From a virus: 64,000 nt of DNA. Of the stretch, positions 1-8,339 are shown one piece after another; within the stretch, counting starts at the first letter, position 1, and every line of letters starts with the position of its first letter. The notes beneath the pieces were generated by a model. That model was not told where the DNA came from. It made no database searches and saw only the letters and a list, made by a program, of their open reading frames with translations. Made by a program: the position numbers and the translations under genes. The stretch is taken from the IMG/VR virus record IMGVR_UViG_3300027850_000002, positions 64,001 to 128,000 of that record; one strand, written 5' to 3'.

Positions 1-155
1 CTTCTCTTTTTCTTCTTCTTGGTGAATTCGATAACGCACCATAGGCACGTCACGATTTGATGTGATTTACGGGTCTTGCCGATGCGTGGATGTTCTGGGG
101 ACCGATACATGGAGATTCCGCAGTGAATGATCCCTCTGTCATCCATCCAGTTCAT
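1..155 (-). CDS. Partial small hypothetical protein (runs off window start), with a TCLWC motif
   Basis: ATG at 155 just after the VWA gene stop; reads MNWMDDRGIIHCG...IVTCLWCVIEFTKKKKK with no stop before position 1. Confidence 0.35.
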   Translation of the reverse strand, partial: MNWMDDRGIIHCGISMYRSPEHPRIGKTRKSHQIVTCLWCVIEFTKKKKKR

Positions 156-158
156 GTC

Positions 159-1592
159 TCAGCTCTTATAGCGCTCGTTGTGTTCCGGGTCGCAGACGAT
201 GATCTCGCCGTACCCCTCGTGGAAATGCTCGCTGTGTTGAGGTGTCACGAGCCACAACACCGGAATTTCGTGAGGTAGATGGTTCTGAGGGTCGACGGCA
301 GGCGCATAACCGTCCGTGTAGACCACGACGATGTCGGGCATCTTATCGTCGTCCTTGGTGTACTGTTTCATGTGGATGAAGTACGCGTCGAAATCCGTAC
401 CACCACGACCCACCATGTTCTTGGGAATCTCATCGCCAGAATGCAGCAAGACGTCCATATGTGTCGCAGCATCGCCCTGCATGTAACGAATCTCCATGTT
501 GTCATCAACCGCGAGCATGTGCTGTAACTCGCTCTTGACGATTTCAAGTGACTCCGTAGACATTGAGCCAGACGTATCGACATAGAGAAACACGCGCCAC
601 GCTTTGTCCCGTACGCGGCCAGGCGTTGGGATGATGCAGACGTCTTCCTCCGCCAAGGCCAGCAGCATGCGGTTGGGTTGCGCAACGCTCCGGCGATACT
701 TCGACGTACGCGACATCCGTGCTCGCGTCGCAAAGATTTCCCACCACGGAACAATCGGCTCAGCCAGGTAGGCCTCGAGCCACTCCTGCATACCGCTCGG
801 CAACGTCCCGCGCCCGACGCCGCCCATGGAACGAACGACCGAACGCATTGTTTGCTTGAGTTGCTCGCGGATGCGGTGTGCTTGAGAAAGCAGCTCGTCG
901 GACGTCAGGTCCTTGAATGTGGAACCGCCGAACCCTTGCCCTTTCCCGTCACCGGGTTCCTCACCCGGTTTGCCGTCGCCGCTACCTGCGCCCTGGTCCT
1001 GCCCGTCGTTTTCGTCTTCGCCCTTGATCCACATCGAGTGGTCGGTGCCCCCGAGCAAACTCTCGATGTCGATGACCTTGACCTTGCGCATCAAGGACCA
1101 CTGGTAGAACTCGAACGATCCTTCGAGCGGTAGATCGAACTTCTCCGGCAGACACATCCCGTTGCGCGGATTGTCGGGGGCCTCCGGGTTCTTCTCCTTG
1201 ATCATCTTGATCACGAGAGCTTCGGTTTCGTCGAACCCTTCATGTTTTCGCAGCATCGTGTTGATGGCGCAGTCCATGCTGACGTTGGCCACTGCACCTG
1301 CTTTGGTACGCTCCAGCTCACTACGACAAAGCGCCAGCAGTTCGAGGTAGCGCGGGATGTGGTCGAGCATCAGATGCAACATCTCGTGCTCGAGGACGAA
1401 CAACGCCGACTTCAAGGTCAGGGCGGCGATGAACTCCGGGTCGTAGAACAACACCGCACGACCCTCGCGGATACCCACAGCAATGGTGCCCATCCCCGGA
1501 CGTGCAACGCGTTCCAGGCTCGAAGCCAGACGTCCGTAGAAACTTTTCTTCTGGATTAGATAGATGAAGAATTCTGAAAGTTTCAGTTTCAT
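159..1592 (-). CDS. VWA-domain protein with N-terminal HExxH metallopeptidase-like domain (DUF2201-like), partner of MoxR-type AAA+ ATPase
   Basis: HEMLH motif, acidic Gly-rich linker, MIDAS DTSGS, GRGGTDF, VVYTDG; probable start MKLKLSEFF at 1592 rather than 1724. Confidence 0.85.
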   Translation of the reverse strand: MKLKLSEFFIYLIQKKSFYGRLASSLERVARPGMGTIAVGIREGRAVLFYDPEFIAALTLKSALFVLEHEMLHLMLDHIPRYLELLALCRSELERTKAGAVANVSMDCAINTMLRKHEGFDETEALVIKMIKEKNPEAPDNPRNGMCLPEKFDLPLEGSFEFYQWSLMRKVKVIDIESLLGGTDHSMWIKGEDENDGQDQGAGSGDGKPGEEPGDGKGQGFGGSTFKDLTSDELLSQAHRIREQLKQTMRSVVRSMGGVGRGTLPSGMQEWLEAYLAEPIVPWWEIFATRARMSRTSKYRRSVAQPNRMLLALAEEDVCIIPTPGRVRDKAWRVFLYVDTSGSMSTESLEIVKSELQHMLAVDDNMEIRYMQGDAATHMDVLLHSGDEIPKNMVGRGGTDFDAYFIHMKQYTKDDDKMPDIVVVYTDGYAPAVDPQNHLPHEIPVLWLVTPQHSEHFHEGYGEIIVCDPEHNERYKS

Positions 1593-2079
1593 GTTATCCA
1601 CTGAGTTGATGGGCGGCGGTGGTAATCCCGAACGCAACCGTGCACGGGAGTGGTATCTCGTAAATCGAGAACGAGGCATTGCTCGTTCCAAGCAATGGGT
1701 TCTAGATAACAAAGAGACGCGCAAAGAGAATATGCGCGCATGGCGAGAAGCAAATAGATCGCGCCTACGGCAGTATTTACGAAATTGGTTTCTCGTACAT
1801 CCTGAGAAAAACCGAGAATACAGCCTTCGATATAGTTACCGCGCGTGTACAGCCCCGGGGTTCGCAACCGCCGAACAAATTGAAGCGAGGGTCGCCTTCT
1901 TTGGAGGGGTCTGCGCGTATTGCGGTGGTACGTACGATCATCTTGAGCACGCGATTTCATTGTCGCGTGGTGGGACGAACTGGCCCGCGAATCTCCATCC
2001 AGCCTGCCAACGTTGCAACCTGGCGAAGGGTGGCCGCACCATCTTTGAATTTCTTGATTGTTCACCTAAACGCCTATAA
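1591..2079 (+). CDS. HNH endonuclease (putative homing endonuclease)
   Basis: CAYCG...EHAISLSRGGTNWPANLHPACQRCNLAK; Arg/Trp-rich helical N-terminus; AT-richer than flanks; start uncertain. Confidence 0.85.
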   Translation: MLSTELMGGGGNPERNRAREWYLVNRERGIARSKQWVLDNKETRKENMRAWREANRSRLRQYLRNWFLVHPEKNREYSLRYSYRACTAPGFATAEQIEARVAFFGGVCAYCGGTYDHLEHAISLSRGGTNWPANLHPACQRCNLAKGGRTIFEFLDCSPKRL

Positions 2080-2081
2080 TT
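2073..2081 (+). promoter_or_regulatory. CCTATAAT late-promoter-like -10 element, leaderless configuration
   Basis: TATAAT 2075-2080, 6 nt before ATG 2087; overlaps the HNH stop codon. Confidence 0.65.
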
Positions 2082-2086
2082 GCAGC

Positions 2087-3076
2087 ATGGCCGTTGTGGA
2101 CCAGTTCTCTGACCCTGTGATGGCGCACCTCGTGCGTCGTGTTTCCGACCGTCCGAAGCTCGCCGCCGCGATCCAGGACTTCGACGTGGACGGTGAGGAG
2201 TACGACAAGCTCCCCAACACGGCGTTCGCATGGTCGGAAAAGCGAGCTTTCCCTGTTCACACGCGCGAGCATGCGATGCTCTCGCGGGTCTACAGCGAGG
2301 GCCTTCCGAACCTCCCATCGCACGTCACTCGAGCCATCAAAGAGGCCTGCGAGGTCTACAACGTCGACGACACTCTCTACGCGCGCCCCAAGGTCGCGGC
2401 AGCCGTCGAGTCCCCCAACGCGTTTCTCCTGCCCGACATTCGCCGGATCCGCGTGACGCAGGCCAGCCACGTCAAGCTTGCCGAGGAGAAGCTTCGTAAC
2501 GAAGGCAAGAACCTCTCCATCGAGCATCGTGCGCTCGCGAGTCGTCGCCTGGTCGAGAAGGCTGCGTTCTACGGTGTCAGCGTACGTGACGAGATCCGCA
2601 AGATGGCGGGTTTGACCGTCACCGATCGTCAGCCGTTGGTCGACTGGCTTGAGGCACGCCGCGAAGCCGCGCCCATCGAACACAAGGACGGCTACCAGAA
2701 GCTCGCCAACGCCGTGAAGCGTATGCCGCTGGAGCTTCGCAATCGCCAGGAACAGATCAAGCTCGCTGAAGCCATCGGTGAAATGGACCAGCTCTCTGGA
2801 CTCGCGCGTCACTACGATCGCAAGCTGCCCGATCCGCTGATGACGGTGTTCAACTCGAGCAAGGTCGCCGGCCAGGGTGTCACCCTCGCAGGCCGCTTCC
2901 TGCCGATCGATCGCGTCGCGTCGTACCCCTCGACGTTCTACTCCGACATCCTCGGCCCCGACATCGTTCGCGAAGCGTCCGACAAGGCGGGTCACATGGA
3001 CCACCAACGCCTCGCGCAGGTGCTCGAGACACTGCCCGTCGACATGCAGCGCATGTTGTCGGCGCAGATGCGGTAG
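2087..3076 (+). CDS. Hypothetical protein, K-x-A rich, probable head-associated protein
   Basis: Start MAVVDQFSD; about 10 K-x-A motifs (PKLAA, EKRAF, PKVAA, VKLAE, EKAAF, QKLAN, IKLAE, SKVAG). Confidence 0.7.
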   Translation: MAVVDQFSDPVMAHLVRRVSDRPKLAAAIQDFDVDGEEYDKLPNTAFAWSEKRAFPVHTREHAMLSRVYSEGLPNLPSHVTRAIKEACEVYNVDDTLYARPKVAAAVESPNAFLLPDIRRIRVTQASHVKLAEEKLRNEGKNLSIEHRALASRRLVEKAAFYGVSVRDEIRKMAGLTVTDRQPLVDWLEARREAAPIEHKDGYQKLANAVKRMPLELRNRQEQIKLAEAIGEMDQLSGLARHYDRKLPDPLMTVFNSSKVAGQGVTLAGRFLPIDRVASYPSTFYSDILGPDIVREASDKAGHMDHQRLAQVLETLPVDMQRMLSAQMR

Positions 3077-3085
3077 AGGTCTTGC

Positions 3086-3730
3086 GTGAGCAAAGACCTT
3101 CTCCGTGATCCGGACACTGCCGCCATTGTTCTGATGAAAGCCGCGTATGGATTGCTCGGAGACTTCCTTGCGTGGGAGCCCGAGTCGATTTGGCTCGAAC
3201 TGCAACATCAGGGTGTTGAGCTGCCCGACGGAAATCGGGCCAAGATCATGGCGGCGTTGACGTTGCGCCTCGTCCCCTCGTTCTACTGGGACGCCATCAC
3301 GTTCGAGAAAACGGCCATCGCCTTCGACGGTTCTCAGCCCAATCCCGACACGCTCGAAGAAGCATCTCCTGCCCGTCTTGCCTGGGCCGTCACCGAGGCG
3401 GCCTGGATCCTTCGTGCATCGAAAGACGCGTCGTGGGAGTTCAATAACGAGCCGCGTGGCTACGCCGGCGTGATCTTGAACCGTGCAGGGTTTGTACTCG
3501 CGCCTGAGCAGCTCGCGTTCGCACAGCCTGCGTTGAATCGAGAACGTCACCACACGCACCTCATCGACGAGGTCAAGGAACGCTGGTCTCACGTCAGCAA
3601 AGACAACCTCACGGCGCTGAGCCTTCAGGAAACACCTGTCGATGTTCAGATCGCCCGTCTCGCGGCGGTCGAACTTCACGTCCGTGAACGTCGAGTTCAA
3701 GCTGAACGGGATCTGGCTCGGGTTACATGA
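3086..3730 (+). CDS. Hypothetical protein
   Basis: 214-aa ORF with typical codon usage, directly downstream of 2087-3076. Confidence 0.7.
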   Translation: MSKDLLRDPDTAAIVLMKAAYGLLGDFLAWEPESIWLELQHQGVELPDGNRAKIMAALTLRLVPSFYWDAITFEKTAIAFDGSQPNPDTLEEASPARLAWAVTEAAWILRASKDASWEFNNEPRGYAGVILNRAGFVLAPEQLAFAQPALNRERHHTHLIDEVKERWSHVSKDNLTALSLQETPVDVQIARLAAVELHVRERRVQAERDLARVT

Positions 3731-3732
3731 CG

Positions 3733-5019
3733 TCACGACGGGCTGGCGTCCAACGCTGCCTTCTGCGCCGCGATCTTGGCGTGGTGCAGTCTCTTGAGAC
3801 CGTCCATGAAGTTGGGCTCCTGCCCCAGCTTTTGGTTCAACGTCTGGAGGAAGCTCTTCGCTTCGTTGCCCATCCGGTTGGCTTCGTCCGTCATCTTTTG
3901 GATGAACGAGACCAGGATCTCCTCGGGCAGATCACCGATGAAGATCGACAGCTGCTTGACCAATGCCTCCGGCTTCTTAGAGAGGTCCGAGAAGAGGCGA
4001 GTGGCCAGACCCATGGCCAGCTCGGTAACCTTGTCGAGCCGACCTTCACCGTCCTTTGGGATGTAGGCTTTGAAGCGCCGACGCGTCTCCGAGTCGATGC
4101 CGTAGTTGTTCAGCACATCGTCGGGCGTGACGACGAGTGTGTTGTCTCGAACGAAATCGAGGAACGCGGTCGCCGATGCAGAACCCACCGCACCTGCGAT
4201 CGCAGCTCGACCGATCGAACTGTTCAGCGGAATCTTTGCTTCGTCGAACTGAACACACAGACGCGAGACCGTCTCCCAGGTTGCAGGGCACGCGAACGCC
4301 TTGCCGGCCAGCGCAGCTTGGTCGTCGTACCCATGGCTTGGCTGAGCGCCGAGATGCCCGATGACGTGCTCGTGGAACTCTGCGTCGATGGCGTACTTCA
4401 TGAAGTCGCCGTAGTTGTACGCAACACCGATCGGCAAGAGCCGGCGTCGCATCGCGGGGTCACGCTCGAACTCGTTGACGTTCATCCCGCCGCCCGACGG
4501 GTTCATCGTCACCACGATCTGGATGCAGTCGAGCAGCTTGATGTCGCCGATCATGCGGTCGCCGATCAGAACGAAAGCAGCGCGCGTGACCGACTTGTCG
4601 ACGGCGCGATTCAGTTCTTCGATCGAGAGAATCGGGCACTGGTCCTTGGGAACCTTGCCCTTGTACTTCTTGGTCACCTCCGCGGCCCACTCGATGAGCG
4701 GCTGAAACAGGCGCGGCACGCGTTGGTCGAAATACAGCTTCGTGTCGGCGGCCGTGGTCGGAATGAAGAAACCTTCCTGCGTTGCGGTCGGCATGTGGAG
4801 GGCGACGTAGGGAACGCCCTTGCCGCCGTTCCTGCGTTTCGCCACCTGCGTCGGGATCGCGGTCTTACCGATGCCCGACGGACCGATCGCGCACACCACG
4901 TTGCGCGTCCCCGCATTCAGTTCAATCAGCTCTTCGAAGACGCGGGGCGTAACCATCTCGACGCCGAGCTTGGATGCGAAGGTTTCTTCCATCGACGTCT
5001 TGGTGTCAGCTTTGCTCAT
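3733..5019 (-). CDS. MoxR-like AAA+ ATPase
   Basis: Walker A GPSGIGKT, Walker B LSIEELNR, sensor TMNP, Arg finger DPAMRRRL; AGGAG SD. Confidence 0.85.
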   Translation of the reverse strand: MSKADTKTSMEETFASKLGVEMVTPRVFEELIELNAGTRNVVCAIGPSGIGKTAIPTQVAKRRNGGKGVPYVALHMPTATQEGFFIPTTAADTKLYFDQRVPRLFQPLIEWAAEVTKKYKGKVPKDQCPILSIEELNRAVDKSVTRAAFVLIGDRMIGDIKLLDCIQIVVTMNPSGGGMNVNEFERDPAMRRRLLPIGVAYNYGDFMKYAIDAEFHEHVIGHLGAQPSHGYDDQAALAGKAFACPATWETVSRLCVQFDEAKIPLNSSIGRAAIAGAVGSASATAFLDFVRDNTLVVTPDDVLNNYGIDSETRRRFKAYIPKDGEGRLDKVTELAMGLATRLFSDLSKKPEALVKQLSIFIGDLPEEILVSFIQKMTDEANRMGNEAKSFLQTLNQKLGQEPNFMDGLKRLHHAKIAAQKAALDASPS

Positions 5020-5044
5020 TTCATTCTCCTAGGTTCCCGTTGAT

Positions 5045-7723
5045 ATGTCGGAAGAGGTTTATCGTTCAACCATCGCGCAGGGGATGTTCTACGTCGACGG
5101 CAAGCCGTTGTCGCTACAGGACTACCCAATGTTCGGCGCGGTCTACGACGGTAAGTACCCTCGGCTTCTGTTGAAGACGGGGCGGCAGGTCACCAAGTCG
5201 ACCACCCTGGCCGCGTTCATGATCGCCGAGGCGGTCGCGACGCCAAACTTCAAGTCCTACTACGTTTCACCGACGCAAGAACAGACTCGAAAGTTCTCGC
5301 ATACACGCGTTGCCAAGATCCTCGCGTACAGCCCCGACCTTCGGAGGGGGTTCGTCAACGCGAATTCGATCGACAACGTGCTTCTGCGTATGTTCACAAA
5401 CGGTTCCGAGATGGCGTTCACATACGCTCTCGATGATCCGGACCGTGCACGTGGTTACTCGGCAGACCGATGCAACTTCGACGAAGTGCAGGACATCCTT
5501 TACGAGTCCGTCATTCCCGTCATCGAAGAATGTTTCGATTCACGTACAGAAGTTCTATGTAAACGAGGTTGGATTTCTGTAGCGGAAGTAAATCTCGCGG
5601 ACGAAATTGCGGATGTCGACGAAGACGGTCGAATCGAGTGGCATCATCCGACGCAACTGATTCAGAAACGCCATACAGGTCAGATGGTTTCGTTCAATCA
5701 CGACCAAATGTCTATCCGTGTGACCGGCGACCATATGATGTGGGTGCACCCGAAGGGCGAGACACGGTCCATGTCGCGAGCATCGTGGCGGTTCTCGAGT
5801 GCTCGCAGTATCGCAACAGATAAAGGCGAAGCATTTCGACTAACGGGTCCCGCAGGCCTTCGGACATCAACAACACCACTTCGTCGAACGTTTCCCGGCA
5901 TTTTAGGTGCGCACGGTCAGAACGCTCACGGAATCGATTTACCCTACGATGCCTTCGCGCGTCTTGTTGGTTGGTATCTTTCGGAAGGCTCTATACGTTG
6001 GGCTAAACGTAGAGGTGTTAAGACCTGTCCACGCCCCTGTATTACACAAAGCGAGGGGCGCTACCTGTCGGATATTATCGAAACGATCGAGCGTTGCGGG
6101 CTAACGTATTCCATCGCTTCGAACTCGAAAAAACCGTACATCAAACACGTTACGATCAACTCGCGAATTCTCGGTGAGTATTTTCATCGTCTCGGAAACA
6201 CCTTTGAAAAGTACATTCCCGACGAGTTCTTCATGTCGGAGGACCTACTTCGCCAAGTGCTCGCAGGCATTTACCTCGGAAATGCAACTGCCCGAGAAGG
6301 TATGTCTTGGGACCGTTGGACGTTGTTTACCGTTTCCAAGTCTTTGGCCGACAGTGTCCATCGCGCTTGGACCTTGTGTGGACGGTCACCTAATCAACGT
6401 GTACGTGAATACGTGCCTGACAAGATCGCTTACGAAATATGCGCTTACGTCGACAATTTCTTTGTCTTTTATCGGCGCAAGAACAGTACAACTACTGAAC
6501 ACGTAACAGATGAGCCCGTGTATTGTTTTACGGTTCCTCATCATCGGCCTGTCGTCCGCGGCGGTCCAGGACTGCGTCCGCTCATTACAGGTCAGTGTAT
6601 GGCTAACTCGCCATATCAGTATTCGGCCTACGCAGGCACACCCAAGACGATGGAGAACACCATTGAGTTCTTGTGGTCTCAGTCGTCGCAGACCGAATGG
6701 TGCATGCGGTGCAAGGGGTGTGGTAAGTGGACGTTTATCGACAGCACCAAGGGCTTGGGTAAGCTGGGTCCTATCTGTATTGGTTGTGGTACCTATCTCG
6801 ACCCTCGTAAGGGTCAGTGGGTCGACATGTCCAAGGACAAGGCTGTTGGCATCAAAGGCTTCCACATCTCCCAGGCGATCATGCCTGTCAACGTGCCCGC
6901 GTCATGGCAGCCGGGGTCCGTGGGATACGAAGGGGCCCTCGAGCGTTGGGGAAAGCTCCTCTACAAGATGGAATCGCCTCTCTATGGCGAGTCCCGTTTT
7001 CTAAACGAGTGCATCGGCGTCAGTACGTCGACAGGTGTTCGTCTTCTCACCAAGGAGATCCTCGAAGCCCTGTGCGACGAGAATCACGAGATGACGCGGT
7101 TGCCGCTGCCCCTTTCCAAGGAGGGCATCGTTCGCGTGACTGCCGGCGTCGACTGGTCTGGCGGAGGCGCCGAGATCAAGGGCAGCGAAGGTATGTTCAA
7201 GTCGCGCACGGTGCTCCATATCTGGGGCCAGCTCGCCGACGGTCGTCTCAAGACGCTCTTCTACAAGATCTTCCCCAACGGTCACGCGGTCGGCTGGGTC
7301 GACGAGATCGTCGAACTGTGCAACGCATGGGGCGTCCAGATGTTGGTCGGTGACGCCGGTGAAGGCGCCATCGGCAACTCGTACCTGCGTGCGAAGCTCG
7401 GAGACCATCGCGTCACGTCCATTCGTTACATGTCGCTGTCGAAGCCGTACGAGTGGAACCCGAACGCGATGGTCTACAGCGCCGACCGCACCACAATGAT
7501 CGACAACTTTGCGCGACAACTGCTGCACAAGCAGATGCTCTATCCGAACCTGAAGCAGGCAAGTCCGGCTATCAACGACATCCTCAACGTCTACGAGGAG
7601 GTCACGATGCAAGGCCGTAAGGTGTGGCGTCACGCGCCCACGCAGCCGGACGACTGCCTGCACGCCCAGCTGTTTGGCTGGTTCGCACACATCATCCTGA
7701 CGCAGAACTATCGGTTCCTGTAG
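5045..7723 (+). CDS. terL: Terminase large subunit (Zn-ribbon-containing, gpA-like), interrupted by an intein
   Basis: Walker A-like KTGRQVTKST, RARGYSAD, Walker B CNFDEVQD, motif III AGTPKT, CKGC/CIGC ribbon, nuclease AGVDW and PDDCLHA. Confidence 0.88.
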   Translation: MSEEVYRSTIAQGMFYVDGKPLSLQDYPMFGAVYDGKYPRLLLKTGRQVTKSTTLAAFMIAEAVATPNFKSYYVSPTQEQTRKFSHTRVAKILAYSPDLRRGFVNANSIDNVLLRMFTNGSEMAFTYALDDPDRARGYSADRCNFDEVQDILYESVIPVIEECFDSRTEVLCKRGWISVAEVNLADEIADVDEDGRIEWHHPTQLIQKRHTGQMVSFNHDQMSIRVTGDHMMWVHPKGETRSMSRASWRFSSARSIATDKGEAFRLTGPAGLRTSTTPLRRTFPGILGAHGQNAHGIDLPYDAFARLVGWYLSEGSIRWAKRRGVKTCPRPCITQSEGRYLSDIIETIERCGLTYSIASNSKKPYIKHVTINSRILGEYFHRLGNTFEKYIPDEFFMSEDLLRQVLAGIYLGNATAREGMSWDRWTLFTVSKSLADSVHRAWTLCGRSPNQRVREYVPDKIAYEICAYVDNFFVFYRRKNSTTTEHVTDEPVYCFTVPHHRPVVRGGPGLRPLITGQCMANSPYQYSAYAGTPKTMENTIEFLWSQSSQTEWCMRCKGCGKWTFIDSTKGLGKLGPICIGCGTYLDPRKGQWVDMSKDKAVGIKGFHISQAIMPVNVPASWQPGSVGYEGALERWGKLLYKMESPLYGESRFLNECIGVSTSTGVRLLTKEILEALCDENHEMTRLPLPLSKEGIVRVTAGVDWSGGGAEIKGSEGMFKSRTVLHIWGQLADGRLKTLFYKIFPNGHAVGWVDEIVELCNAWGVQMLVGDAGEGAIGNSYLRAKLGDHRVTSIRYMSLSKPYEWNPNAMVYSADRTTMIDNFARQLLHKQMLYPNLKQASPAINDILNVYEEVTMQGRKVWRHAPTQPDDCLHAQLFGWFAHIILTQNYRFL
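5531..6595 (+). mobile_element. Intein (355 aa) with LAGLIDADG-type endonuclease domain; ends in Gln with +1 Cys
   Basis: Block A CFDSRTEVLCKRGW, block B VTGDHMMWV, block C LVGWYLSEGS, block F PVYCFTVP, end LITGQ/C; shifted base composition. Confidence 0.9.
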
Positions 7724-7726
7724 TCG

Positions 7727-8293
7727 TCAGTGCACAGTTGGGAACACCGTGTTGTACATCTCCATCAACTTCAGATAGACGCCGCGACACGCCTTTGCGT
7801 CACCCATCGCACGGTGAGCTTCATGTTCAATACCGAAGTGTGCGGCCAGCGTGACCAACTTGAGGTTGGGGACGTGTCCTGCCTTCAGGAGGGGTGTGGC
7901 CAGTGCGACGGTATCGATCTTGTGGTAGTCGCCGTTCCAGCGCTGGCCACGCGCAGCCATCGCCATCTCGAAGAATCCCCAGTCAAAGGGAGTGTTGTGT
8001 GCGACGAAGACAGAGTCACGTCCCATCCCCAACATCGTTACCATTGCAACATCGAGATTGATGGCCTCGGATGCCCACTTCTCCGTGTTGTAACCATTGA
8101 CCCGCGCTGCCCCGGGATCGACCGGCTTCTTCGGGTGGACCTTCGTGTGGTACTCGTTGAGGACTTTTTGTCCTGACGGGTCCGTCACGATACAGGCCAC
8201 CTCGACCATGTCTGCGGCAGCAGGATTCAATCCTCCTGTCTCACAGTCGAAGAAGAAGAGGTTGCAGTCCTTCATGGCAGGGCGTTGTGGCAT
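7727..8293 (-). CDS. DEDDh 3'-5' exonuclease (DnaQ-like)
   Basis: ExoI FDCETGG, ExoII AHNTPFD, ExoIII HRAMGDA. Confidence 0.9.
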   Translation of the reverse strand: MPQRPAMKDCNLFFFDCETGGLNPAAADMVEVACIVTDPSGQKVLNEYHTKVHPKKPVDPGAARVNGYNTEKWASEAINLDVAMVTMLGMGRDSVFVAHNTPFDWGFFEMAMAARGQRWNGDYHKIDTVALATPLLKAGHVPNLKLVTLAAHFGIEHEAHRAMGDAKACRGVYLKLMEMYNTVFPTVH

Positions 8294-8339
8294 AGGTCCT
8301 CAGCTAAAGCTTATACCGTAAACGTGGCGTTTCTAACAA

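Noticed and set aside
1593-1724. N-terminal extension of the VWA protein as given in the ORF track
   Set aside because: It overlaps the HNH gene antisense and looks non-coding; Met at 1592 is the more plausible start. Several other track starts were trimmed similarly (1880, 17071, 37483, 38142, 39164, 43898, 45876, 52187, 58510, 58976)
2066-5043. Long antisense ORFs (2066-3736 minus, 3727-5043 plus; likewise 8769-9983, 23652-25253, 33019-34236, 44299-45552)
   Set aside because: Shadow frames of real genes caused by GC-rich codon bias; no motifs and atypical composition
8300-8325. GGTATAAG as a separate promoter class upstream of the exonuclease
   Set aside because: Plausible -10, but only one copy was seen, too few to define a motif
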